A DNA stretch of 64,000 nt from Candidatus Dormiibacterota bacterium (GTDB lineage Bacteria; Chloroflexota; Dormibacteria; Aeolococcales; Bog-877). Of the stretch, positions 36,385 through 45,373 are shown in pieces. The notes beneath the pieces were generated by a model. It saw only the letters and a program-made list of their open reading frames with translations. It was not told the DNA's origin and searched no databases. The stretch spans positions 1,069-65,068 of the forward strand of contig JBAQYY010000102.1 of assembly GCA_049790415.1 (NCBI GenBank). Reading direction: 5' to 3'. Made by a program: the position numbers and the translations under genes. Position 1 is the first letter of the stretch; every line of letters starts with the position of its first letter.

Positions 36385-36682
36385 CTTAGCGGGGTTCCTG
36401 CGCCAAATGGCGCGCTTGCTTGGGTCAGCTCGTGCTGGAGGGCACCCTGATAACTGCCCCGGAAGAACTCAGTCTGCGCTGGCCTATCTGGGCGTGCCGC
36501 CCGCCCACCGCGGACAGGGCTATGTCGATGAGCTGCTGGCGGAGGGAACGCGGATCCTCGCCGGCCAGAACGTGCCCCGCATCCCGGCGTCGACTGATCT
36601 CGACAACCTGCCCATGGCTGCCGCCTTCATCCCAGCTGGCTGGGACAACTTCGAGCGCGCCATCACCATGACCTGGGCCTGA
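36374..36682 (+). CDS. GNAT acetyltransferase C-terminal fragment (possible gene remnant)
   Basis: GVPPAHRGQGYVDELLAEG resembles GNAT motif A, but only ~100 aa are present and the N-terminal half is missing. Overlaps the MFS gene end by 11 nt. Confidence 0.3.
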   Translation: MVRNLAGFLRQMARLLGSARAGGHPDNCPGRTQSALAYLGVPPAHRGQGYVDELLAEGTRILAGQNVPRIPASTDLDNLPMAAAFIPAGWDNFERAITMTWA

Positions 36683-37008
36683 GGCGCCTCGACCGCTCCT
36701 GGCCAGGTCTGGGCAGGGGATACCGGAAGCGCTGGGTGCCAGATCAGATTTAGCTTTCTGTAAGAGACCTTATCAGTAACTAGCCAAGATCCGGGCTAAG
36801 GGAGCCTCTCCCCGGCCTGCTGGGGTTGGGGCTGGAATGGCCAATCGATGATGAATCGCTGACCGAGGACGGATCGCAGCGATCCGCTACTGGTGGGCCC
36901 GGCCCGGCGGCTTCTGCCAACCCACGGGTGCCGCGCTAACCAGTCCAGGCTGCGACATCTTCCTGGGCTTGCGCGAGGACTTTTGGCTCGGTCCACCTCC
37001 TAGCGAAC

Positions 37009-39888
37009 ATGCGCGTCCGCAGCAGCGGCCGTGGCGCTTTGGGATGTGACATGGGAGGACCAGGGATGGCAAGGCGGCAGGCCGGGGCGAAATTTGCCCC
37101 TTCGGGATGGGATCGGACCAGCGAGCGGCCAACTTTGCAGGCGGCCGTCTGGCGGGAGCTCGCTTCTAGCTGGTCGGGCCGTCTTGCCGGTCCACGGCGA
37201 AGCGCCGCCCGCTTGATGATGGCGGCCCTGTCGGCTGGTGTCATCCTGGCGGCCGCAGCCTTCTCACTGGCCAGCGCGCCAGTCCAGGCGGCCACCACTA
37301 TGACGACTTTGTCGGGGGATGTCCTTCCCGGACTGGCGTCGGCCACCGATCTGGGGGCGACGCCCAGCGGGACCCGGGTTGAGGTGGTGATTGCCTTCAA
37401 CCAGCCCGACCAGGCTGCCGAGCAGGCGGCCTACAAGGCGATGTACACCAAGGGCAACGCCAACTACCACCACTTCCTGACCCCGGCCCAGTTCGCAGCC
37501 GAGTTCGGGGTATCGGCAAGTGACTACTCCGCGGTGCAATCGTGGGCGACGGCCCAGGGGCTGTCGGTGGTGCTGGCGCCGACTGATCACCTCAGTCTCA
37601 CCCTGGCGGGCACCCCCGCCCAGGTGGATAGCACCTTCTCGGTGAGCCTGGACAACTTCAGTAGTCACGGACTCACCTTCTATGCCAACACCAACAATCC
37701 CACCGTGCCCGCAAACATGGGCATTCTTTCAGTGATCGGGCTCAACAGCTTTCTGCGCAGCGTGACCAACAATCACCTGCCGTCGGCCAGCGCGGAGCAC
37801 GGCACAGTAGCCGAGGTTCAGCCGGCCCAGGGCACCTGCGAGCCCGACGTCTGCGTGGGCCTGACTACGCCCCAAGACCTCTGGAGCATCTACGACCAGC
37901 CGGGAGTCGACCTGACCAAGGAGGGGCCGAACGACAACTTCGGGGAGGGTCAGCAGATGGCCGTCTTCGGCGAGGGTCAGACGGCCGGTCCTCTCTCCGA
38001 CCTACGCATTTTCGAGTCTCTCAACGGACTCCCGCAAATTCCCATCAAGGTGGTCCTCACTGACGGGCCCAACGCTGACTACAGCGACACCTCAGGGTCT
38101 GAGGAGTGGGACATCGACAGCCAATCGTCGACCGGGATGTCCCCCAACGCCCTTGACGAGGTCTGGTACTTCGGCGCCTCCCTGACCGACGCCTCGGTCC
38201 TGACCGCTATGACCACCTGGACCAACGATCCCAACGGTCCGCTCCAGGCCAATGCCAGCTACGGCGAGTGTGAGTACAGCGTCGCCGGCTCAACTGCCGG
38301 GGTGAGCGCCGGCCAGGCCTTCCAGGAGGCCAGCGAAAACAACCTCATGGAGGCAAACATGGAGGGCCGCACCCTCTTCTCCTCCGCCGGCGACACCGGC
38401 TCCTCGTGCCCGATCCTGCCGGCCGACACCAACGGGGTCGCCCCTCAGGGCTACCCGCAGCCGAACTATCCCGCTGACAGTCCTCACGCCGTGGACGTCG
38501 GTGGAACCGTCCTCTACGGCAATGGGGCCACCCCGCCGACGCGGGTCCTGGAGTACGCCTGGACCTTCACCGGTGGCGGCGGAAGTTGGGATTTCCCGGA
38601 GCCCTCTTACCAGGATGGGGTATCAACTGTAGACCTCCCCTGCGGTCCGGCCATCGATGGAGGCTACGGGAGTGGAACTTGCCGCGGCGTGCCTGACGTG
38701 GCAGCCCAGTCGGGAGACATTCAGAGCAACGGCTACGCGATTGTGGCTGCTGGAACGCCGGACTCCCAGGGAGCGGGGACCAGCCTCGCCTCTCCCCTCT
38801 GGATGGGGATGTGGACACGGGTGCAATCTGCGGCGCCTGCGGTGACCGTGGATGGCAATGCGACCTACCCCGGTCTGGGCTTCGCCAACTTCACCTTCTA
38901 CAGCATCGGAACCAACACCGGCGAGGATCCGACTGCCTTCTTCGACATCGGCGGCACCACCGACTCTGAGCCCTCCGGAAACGGCTACTTCAGCGCCTTG
39001 CCCCGGAGCGCCGTCGACCCGTCGGGGTGGGACTACGTGTCGGGGTTTGGGTCGCCTGACATCACCCAGATCGCCAAGGATGCCGACGGCGGCAACACCG
39101 CCCCCAGCGACGACGTCCTGCCCGTCTACGGAGGCGGCGGCACCGGAAGCACCCCGGCCACGGTTGCTGCTTGCTATCCCCTCTTCATCGCCCCGCCCGG
39201 CGGAGATGACTTCGAGGGCAACAGCGGCGGTAACCCGCAAATGGACGTGATCCAGGGCGACATGCACATTAGCCCGAACGGCCAGACCCTGGAGGCGATC
39301 CTGACCATCGAGAACATGTCTTCGAGTCCGGCCAGCGCCGAGGCAGGTGCTCCCACCTCGACTTCCAACGAGTACTACATGAAGTGGTCCTATACGCCGC
39401 CCGGGTCGACCACCACCACGGCCTACTTTGCCAACGCTGAGGTGGATGCTGGGACCGGCACCGTCACTTACTCGGACGGGACCGTCACCGGCAACAGCTA
39501 CGCCCCAACCAATACCGACGACACCGGCAAGATCGTGGATGGAGCAGATGGCACGGTCGAGATCGATGTGCCCCTGAGCCACGTTGGCTCGCCAACCACC
39601 GGGGACCTGCTGGTGGGCCCGGCTGGAGCCACGTTTGCGGAGGTCGGAGTTCCCGGTGCGGGCGGCCTTCTCGAGGCTGTCGACAGCGCCGGGCCCGGAT
39701 ACAACTACACCATCGGCGAGTACTGCGGGGCCACCGGCCAGCCCGGAACGAGCGGTGGTACCCCTCCGGCCGGCCAGGTTCCCCAGGTGCCCTGGGCACC
39801 CCTCCTACCCCTGGCCGGGCTTGGTCTCCTCTTTGCCTCCAGCTACGGATTGCGGCGGCTGCGTCGATTCCAAACCAAGAACGGCTAA
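37009..39888 (+). CDS. Secreted peptidase S53 family (sedolisin/kumamolisin-like) with pro-kumamolisin activation domain, C-terminal beta-rich extension domains and a C-terminal hydrophobic anchor plus Arg tail
   Basis: Propeptide-like LTPAQFAAEFGVSASDYSAVQSWATAQGLSVV. The catalytic Ser sits in GAGTSLASPLWMG (SGTSxAxP-type), and Gly-rich S8/S53 blocks are present. C-terminus ...PAGQVPQVPWAPLLPLAGLGLLFASSYGLRRLRRFQTKNG. The start is uncertain: 37009, 37066 or ATG 37216 just before the hydrophobic signal RLMMAALSAGVILAAAAFSLASAPVQA. Confidence 0.75.
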   Translation: MRVRSSGRGALGCDMGGPGMARRQAGAKFAPSGWDRTSERPTLQAAVWRELASSWSGRLAGPRRSAARLMMAALSAGVILAAAAFSLASAPVQAATTMTTLSGDVLPGLASATDLGATPSGTRVEVVIAFNQPDQAAEQAAYKAMYTKGNANYHHFLTPAQFAAEFGVSASDYSAVQSWATAQGLSVVLAPTDHLSLTLAGTPAQVDSTFSVSLDNFSSHGLTFYANTNNPTVPANMGILSVIGLNSFLRSVTNNHLPSASAEHGTVAEVQPAQGTCEPDVCVGLTTPQDLWSIYDQPGVDLTKEGPNDNFGEGQQMAVFGEGQTAGPLSDLRIFESLNGLPQIPIKVVLTDGPNADYSDTSGSEEWDIDSQSSTGMSPNALDEVWYFGASLTDASVLTAMTTWTNDPNGPLQANASYGECEYSVAGSTAGVSAGQAFQEASENNLMEANMEGRTLFSSAGDTGSSCPILPADTNGVAPQGYPQPNYPADSPHAVDVGGTVLYGNGATPPTRVLEYAWTFTGGGGSWDFPEPSYQDGVSTVDLPCGPAIDGGYGSGTCRGVPDVAAQSGDIQSNGYAIVAAGTPDSQGAGTSLASPLWMGMWTRVQSAAPAVTVDGNATYPGLGFANFTFYSIGTNTGEDPTAFFDIGGTTDSEPSGNGYFSALPRSAVDPSGWDYVSGFGSPDITQIAKDADGGNTAPSDDVLPVYGGGGTGSTPATVAACYPLFIAPPGGDDFEGNSGGNPQMDVIQGDMHISPNGQTLEAILTIENMSSSPASAEAGAPTSTSNEYYMKWSYTPPGSTTTTAYFANAEVDAGTGTVTYSDGTVTGNSYAPTNTDDTGKIVDGADGTVEIDVPLSHVGSPTTGDLLVGPAGATFAEVGVPGAGGLLEAVDSAGPGYNYTIGEYCGATGQPGTSGGTPPAGQVPQVPWAPLLPLAGLGLLFASSYGLRRLRRFQTKNG

Positions 39889-40089
39889 TCGCGGAGGTAC
39901 CCAGCCTGGGTGCCACTGACCATTGCACCCCCACCGAGGGCAGCCCACGGGCTGCCCTCTTCGGGATGCTTTGCAGCGACACCATCCCGGCCGGTCACCG
40001 TTGGACATTCTGGCAAGGGCTGTCTAAGATGCCCACCAGCGCGTTACTGATAGCGGCTAACTGACCTCGGCTAGAGGGGGGAGCAGTAG

Positions 40090-41175
40090 TTGACTGCCGG
40101 GACGGCGATCCGGGCGACTGAGTCAGGCGATCTCGCCTCCGACCTCGACCTTGGCTGGCTCTGCGACCGCTACCGCGATCAAGCAGTCGGGTACGCCTTC
40201 TCCGTGCTTCGCGACCGGGCCCTGGCCGAGGACGCCGTCCAATTGGCCTTCGCTCGGATTCTGGCCCGCGTCAGCGGCGGGGATCACGACCTGCTCCGTG
40301 ACGATCCGGAGAGGGTGGTCGTGCGCAACACGCGCTGGGCGGCTCTGGAACTGGTGGAGCGACGCCGGCGCAACGAGACCTCCGAACTCGACCAAGAGTC
40401 GCACGGCGGCGTGGTTGAGACAGCCAGCGGAGTCTGGGAGCGGTCCCAGGCGCGAATGCTTTGCGATCAGATCGCCAAGAGTCTGCCCGCCCACTACCTC
40501 GCTGTCCTGCGCATGCGCTATGTCGAGGAGCGGCACGACGCCGACGGAGCTGCCCGCCTGCGTCTCTCCGTCAAGGCCTACCGCTGTCGGGTGGACCGCG
40601 CCCTGCGCGCGGCTCGGCTCCATGCCAACCGCTTGGGCATCGATTCCCTGGGTGGTGTGGCCGTGGTGGGCTGGCAGTACCTGGGACGCCGGTTCGCTCG
40701 GATCCGTACCGGGCTTGTCGGCGACTCGACCGAACTGACCCAGGTCGGCTCGGTGGGAGCCCACGGACTGGTGGTGCTTCTGGCCATCGGCGGCCTGGCG
40801 GTCGCCCCCGTACTTCTGAGCGGCGGCGGCTCGAACCACACCGTTCGGACGCCGGTTGGAGTTTCCGCGTCGGAATTGGTCTCCTCGCCACAACAGAACG
40901 CGGTGACGTCGGCGCCCCAGCCGTCGGCCTGCAACGTGAGCTGCGCCACTCTGCCTTCTCTCTCAGCTGTGCCGCCGAGCGGATCACTAATCACGGCTCC
41001 GAGCCTCGCTCCGCCGAGTGTCAGTCAGGGTGGGGTTGTCTTGGGAGCGGGCAGCCTCGGCGCCGCGCAAGCACACCCGCTCTTCGCCGGCCTACCAGGA
41101 GTGAACGTTCCCAAGGTGGTGACTAACCCGCCCCTGAGTTCACTTCCCGCCATCCCGGTAAGCCCGCTCCCCTAG
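40090..41175 (+). CDS. ECF-type sigma factor-like protein fused to a transmembrane segment and Ser/Pro-rich extracytoplasmic tail (sigma/anti-sigma-like fusion)
   Basis: The N-terminal ~190 aa have sigma-70 region 2-like (EDAVQLAFARILARV) and region 4-like (LPAHYLAVLRMRYVEERHDADGAARLRLSVKAYRCRVDRALRAARL) stretches. A TM helix (GAHGLVVLLAIGGLAVAPVLL) and a Ser/Pro/Ala-rich C-terminus follow. TTG start. Confidence 0.5.
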   Translation: MTAGTAIRATESGDLASDLDLGWLCDRYRDQAVGYAFSVLRDRALAEDAVQLAFARILARVSGGDHDLLRDDPERVVVRNTRWAALELVERRRRNETSELDQESHGGVVETASGVWERSQARMLCDQIAKSLPAHYLAVLRMRYVEERHDADGAARLRLSVKAYRCRVDRALRAARLHANRLGIDSLGGVAVVGWQYLGRRFARIRTGLVGDSTELTQVGSVGAHGLVVLLAIGGLAVAPVLLSGGGSNHTVRTPVGVSASELVSSPQQNAVTSAPQPSACNVSCATLPSLSAVPPSGSLITAPSLAPPSVSQGGVVLGAGSLGAAQAHPLFAGLPGVNVPKVVTNPPLSSLPAIPVSPLP

Positions 41176-41360
41176 CCGACCAGCTGGCCACTCATCCCGG
41201 CCTTCGGCTAGCACTTGAAGAAGGGCCCACGGCGACGCCCGGCTGATCTGAGCTGGGCCAAGGCGAGGACTTCTCCCCTCCTCGACCTCCTACTGAATAA
41301 GCGAGCCGCCCCGGCAGTTGTGCTGGCACGGTTACCGAAGTCGCACAGGGAGGATCTCTG

Positions 41361-43148
41361 GTGGGGGTGTTACCCAGGGGCAAGGTGCGTCTCCGCGCCC
41401 CTATCGGCCGGGCGACCGCAGTGGCGGCGCTCTCAGGGGCCGCTGGCGCGGCTGTCCGCCAGATAAGTGGGCGTCATCTTTGGCCGGCCATTGGAATCGC
41501 TCTCTGCGCGCTGCTCGCCTATGCCTTCACCCTGGCGACCTTTCTCAACAACCTGACTCTCGACACTCCCCTCGCCTACCTGCCGCTTCTTCCCCTGATC
41601 GCGGTCTGGGCCAGCTGGGAGGCGGCGGGCCGTTACCAGGGCAAGAAGGCACCGATCCGAGATCGCCAGCTCGACTACATCCTCGGTGTTCCGCTGCTGC
41701 TGATTGCCCTCTTTCTGATCACCATCACTCCGGTGCTGTGGGGGACCTTTTACTGGTCGCTCCGTCCCGACGTTCTCTCCTTCGCGCTCTTCGTGGTGGC
41801 TGGGGTGGTCCTTGCCTACGGGGTCGGTTGGGCCTGGCGGATGCGAGTTCCCTTGCTGCTCCTCTTGCTGATGTGGCCAGCCCTCTACGTGGGCGCCGTG
41901 GCCGGCTTCCTCAACTGGTGCGTCTTGGCCACCGATGCCATCCTCGGGCTGGTCACCTCCCACCTGCCACTCGGGGTCTCCCAGGTGGTGCAAAACCCGG
42001 CCGTCCTCTCCATTCACACCACGACTGGGCAGTTGATCCAGGTCAGCGTCAGCACCGCCTGCGCCGGTGGTGATGGGGTCTTGGGCTTCCTCCTCATCGG
42101 CGGCACGCTCATGGTCGCGGTCACCGGAGCCCTCTTCTCGCGGCTGGCTTGGCTGGTGGCCGGCACCCTGGTCACCTTCGTCCTCAACGTCGCCCGGATC
42201 GTGGCCATCGCCTTCCTGGTGCGGGAGAACCACCCGGTTTTTGCCCTGGGTGTCTTTCATGAGTTCATCGGGCTGTTCTTGTTCGGCGTCGGTCTGGCAG
42301 GCATGGTCTGGCTGCTCCCCGCCTTCGGCCTGGCGCACCGGGCCCGCCATTCTGGCAGTGTCCCGGCGGCGCCCGGCGAGGCGCCCACGCGACCGCCTTT
42401 TGGGGCCGGTCTGAGTCGGCGGCGGCTGACCACCCGACTGGCGGTCGCGCTCGTCGTCCTCGGACTGTTCGTGGCCGGAGATCAGACCCTCGGGCTGTAT
42501 GCCGGCTTCGCCAATGGGCAAGGGGCGCCGACCGTGGCCGCCATGGGGACCAGCTCCCGGGTGCCCCCGGGCTGGAGTGTGTCATTGCTGGCCACCTACC
42601 CCTGGGGGGATGAGTATTTCGGGGCCGGCTCTTCTTACGTCCGGTATCAGCTGAGCAATCCTGCCTCCTCGATCGGTGAGCCCGTGCTCTGGGCCGACGT
42701 GGTGACCACTCCGGACGTCAACGCCCTGCAGACCTACACCATCGAGAACTGCTTCCTCTTCCACAACTACGACATCATCTCGAGCCGTACTCTGGCCCTC
42801 AGTCACGGCGTCACCGCCGTGCTGCTCAACTACTCCGATCCCGCCTCGCACGGTCGCTGGGCCACCCTCTCCTGGACTTGGCCGGTTCGGCTGGGGGGCA
42901 CCACCGCCTACGAGCGCATCGAGTTGACGGCCGACCTGATGCCTGGATCCGCCAAGGTGCCGGATCTGCGTCCGGTATCGGCCCCCATCGAAAGTCTGGT
43001 CCTCGGCGTGGAGAACTTCTTCGGCGCCGCTGGGTCCAGGACGCGTGACCAGATTGCCGCTCAGTACCGTGGCGCTGACGCTGCTCTGGCCTCTTTTGGG
43101 GTGGCCTTCGTTGGCGCCACCGTGGCACCCCGTCGAGAGCGCATTTGA
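41361..43148 (+). CDS. Exosortase/archaeosortase-family polytopic membrane protein fused to a ~300-aa C-terminal extracytoplasmic (EpsI-like?) domain
   Basis: About 8 hydrophobic helices. Candidate catalytic Cys in VSTACAGGDGVLGF, and a conserved-type Arg 45 residues later in FVLNVARIVAIAF, matching the Cys...NxxR spacing of the exosortase (EpsH/XrtA/ArtA) superfamily. Then FHEF and a second Arg cluster. GTG start with a GGGAGG RBS. The stop overlaps the GT2 gene start (TTGA). Confidence 0.6.
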   Translation: MGVLPRGKVRLRAPIGRATAVAALSGAAGAAVRQISGRHLWPAIGIALCALLAYAFTLATFLNNLTLDTPLAYLPLLPLIAVWASWEAAGRYQGKKAPIRDRQLDYILGVPLLLIALFLITITPVLWGTFYWSLRPDVLSFALFVVAGVVLAYGVGWAWRMRVPLLLLLLMWPALYVGAVAGFLNWCVLATDAILGLVTSHLPLGVSQVVQNPAVLSIHTTTGQLIQVSVSTACAGGDGVLGFLLIGGTLMVAVTGALFSRLAWLVAGTLVTFVLNVARIVAIAFLVRENHPVFALGVFHEFIGLFLFGVGLAGMVWLLPAFGLAHRARHSGSVPAAPGEAPTRPPFGAGLSRRRLTTRLAVALVVLGLFVAGDQTLGLYAGFANGQGAPTVAAMGTSSRVPPGWSVSLLATYPWGDEYFGAGSSYVRYQLSNPASSIGEPVLWADVVTTPDVNALQTYTIENCFLFHNYDIISSRTLALSHGVTAVLLNYSDPASHGRWATLSWTWPVRLGGTTAYERIELTADLMPGSAKVPDLRPVSAPIESLVLGVENFFGAAGSRTRDQIAAQYRGADAALASFGVAFVGATVAPRRERI

Positions 43149-45373
43149 GCGCCGCCGTGACTCCACCTCCGCCCCGCTTGGGTGAGCGCCTCCTCGATGA
43201 CGGTCTGCTCAGAGCGTCTCAGCTGGAGAGTCATCTCCGTGACCAGGCGGAGGTCGGCTGCCATCTGGGTGAGCTGCTGGTCGCCAGAGGGGCGGTCGCT
43301 GAGTCTGCCGTCTGGAAGTCCCTCGCCAGCGCTTGGGATGTGCCTTGGATGGAGATGACCCTTGACACGGTGGATCCGGCCACCGCCCTGCTCCTGGACC
43401 CCATCACCTCGGTGGAATCTGGCGTCCTTCCCTTCAAAGAGTCAGGAGGTCTGATCTGGATTGCCGCGATCGACCCCAGCGATGGGGCTGTCCGGGCCAC
43501 CGTCTCGCGGGAGATCACTCGCCCCCTGCTTTGGTTCGCTGCCACTCCCAGCTCGCTCCGCAAAGTCCAGGCCGCTCTCTTCGATCACGCCCTAGGCGAG
43601 GCTGCGGTCGCCACGTTGAGATCGGCTCACCCCGACGCGTCAGCTGAGCGGCAGCTCACCGGTCGTCAAGTCGCGTTCGGGCTGGGGGGCTTCGGCCTAC
43701 TGCTCATTGCCTTAGTTCTGTGGCGCGGGGCGGCGATGGTCGCGGTCATGGGCGCTGTGGTGATCTTCTATGCCGTCTGGCTGGCTTACCGCACCTGGGT
43801 CATCGTGAACGGTGCCCGGACCAGATCGGGTGAGACGGTCGACGCGACCGAGGCTCGCGGCCTCAAAGATCTTCCCGTTTACACCGTTCTCTGCCCGCTG
43901 TACCACGAGGGATCGGTGGTTGAGCAACTAGTGCGCCAGATCGAATCAATTGACTATCCGAGCGTCAAGCTCGATGTCAAGCTGCTGGTGGAGGCGGGCG
44001 ACCGAGAGACCAAGGCGGTGCTCGACTCGATCGATCTGCCGCCCTGTTGCGAGGTCCTAGTCGTTCCGGACATGGCCCCGCAGACCAAGCCCAAGGCCTG
44101 CAATTACGGCCTCCAGTTCGCCCGGGGTGAATTCGTAGTCATTTTTGACGCCGAAGACCGGCCCGAGCCCGACCAGCTGCGCAAAGCGCTGGGGTTGTTC
44201 CGGCGCCACCAGGATTCTCCCGGTCGTCCCGTGGGCTGCGTCCAAGCCCGACTGGCCTACTACAACGCGCGCCAGAACTGGTTGACCGGATGGTTTGCAC
44301 TGGAGTACCTCAGCTGGTTCGACTTCTTCCTCCCGGGCCTGGTCAAGCTGGGCCTGCCGGTGCCGCTGGGGGGAAGCTCCAACCACTTCCCGACTTCGGT
44401 TCTTCGCCAGATGGGCTGCTGGGACGCCTTCAACGTCACCGAGGATGCCGACTTGGGCATCCGGCTGCATCGGGCCGGCTACCGCACGGTGATCGTCGAC
44501 TCGGTGACCTGGGAGGAGGCCAACAGCGACTTCGTCAACTGGACTAAGCAGCGCTCGCGCTGGGGCAAGGGCTACTTCGTCACCTGGGCGGTGAACATGC
44601 GCCGGCCGGTCCGTCTCTGGCGGGAGCTTGGGGCTAGAGCCTGGCTGTCGGTGCAGATGACCCTGGCCGGCACCTACCTAACCGCCGTCCTCAACCTCTT
44701 GCTCTGGGGCCTGATGGTGGTCTGGATCCTGGGCCAACCGACGGCGGTGGCCAGCTTGTTCCCCTCGGGCATTTACTACCTGGCCATGCTCGAGTTGCTG
44801 CTGGGCAACTTCTTCTTCCTCTACGTCACCCTTTGGTGCGCGACCGAGAGCGGCGCCTTCGGATTGACCCGGCTCGCTCTCAGCTACCCCGCCTACTGGG
44901 TGATGATGAGCGTGGCCATGGTCAAGGCCAGCCTGCAACTGCTGACCGACCACGTCTACTGGGAGAAGACCATCCACGGCCTCACTCCCCCCTCGGGAGG
45001 TCCGCCTACAGCCGGCCGGCCGCCGGATCCCAAGCTGGCTGACCTGAGCCCGCGGCTGGAGCCGGTGCCGGTTAGGCATCTGGCCCGAGCTCTGAAACCC
45101 GGAGGCGGCCACAGCCGGCGTCGGGGCCTCCGCTGGATCGCCCCAGGACTCACGGTGGGCCTGACGGCAGCTGTGGCCGCGGTGACCTGGGCGGGCATGG
45201 CGGCCACCTCGAACGCGGCGCTTCGCGCCCGGCTCGACCAGGCGCAGCCCCCGGCCGCGGCCAGCGTCTCGCCAGCTCTCGCGGGCCAGGTTGGACCGGA
45301 CTCCAAGATCACTTCGCTCGATACCGGGGCCAAGGGACGGGGGCTCATGCATCCCCTCGGTGGCGACTCATGA
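43145..45373 (+). CDS. Processive family-2 glycosyltransferase (cellulose/hyaluronan/PNAG-synthase-like, QxxRW) with an N-terminal MshEN/T2SSE_N (GspE N-terminal) domain
   Basis: The N-terminal ~120 aa (LGELLVARGAVAESAVWKSLASAWDVPWMEM...ESGVLPFKESGGLIWIAAIDPSDGAVRATVSREI) have a GspE-N/MshEN fold-type sequence. Then 2 TM, the GT2 catalytic core (VIFDAEDRPEPDQL with the DxD, QRSRWGKG with the QxxRW) and more TM helices. TTG start overlaps the exosortase stop. Confidence 0.75.
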   Translation: MSAAVTPPPPRLGERLLDDGLLRASQLESHLRDQAEVGCHLGELLVARGAVAESAVWKSLASAWDVPWMEMTLDTVDPATALLLDPITSVESGVLPFKESGGLIWIAAIDPSDGAVRATVSREITRPLLWFAATPSSLRKVQAALFDHALGEAAVATLRSAHPDASAERQLTGRQVAFGLGGFGLLLIALVLWRGAAMVAVMGAVVIFYAVWLAYRTWVIVNGARTRSGETVDATEARGLKDLPVYTVLCPLYHEGSVVEQLVRQIESIDYPSVKLDVKLLVEAGDRETKAVLDSIDLPPCCEVLVVPDMAPQTKPKACNYGLQFARGEFVVIFDAEDRPEPDQLRKALGLFRRHQDSPGRPVGCVQARLAYYNARQNWLTGWFALEYLSWFDFFLPGLVKLGLPVPLGGSSNHFPTSVLRQMGCWDAFNVTEDADLGIRLHRAGYRTVIVDSVTWEEANSDFVNWTKQRSRWGKGYFVTWAVNMRRPVRLWRELGARAWLSVQMTLAGTYLTAVLNLLLWGLMVVWILGQPTAVASLFPSGIYYLAMLELLLGNFFFLYVTLWCATESGAFGLTRLALSYPAYWVMMSVAMVKASLQLLTDHVYWEKTIHGLTPPSGGPPTAGRPPDPKLADLSPRLEPVPVRHLARALKPGGGHSRRRGLRWIAPGLTVGLTAAVAAVTWAGMAATSNAALRARLDQAQPPAAASVSPALAGQVGPDSKITSLDTGAKGRGLMHPLGGDS

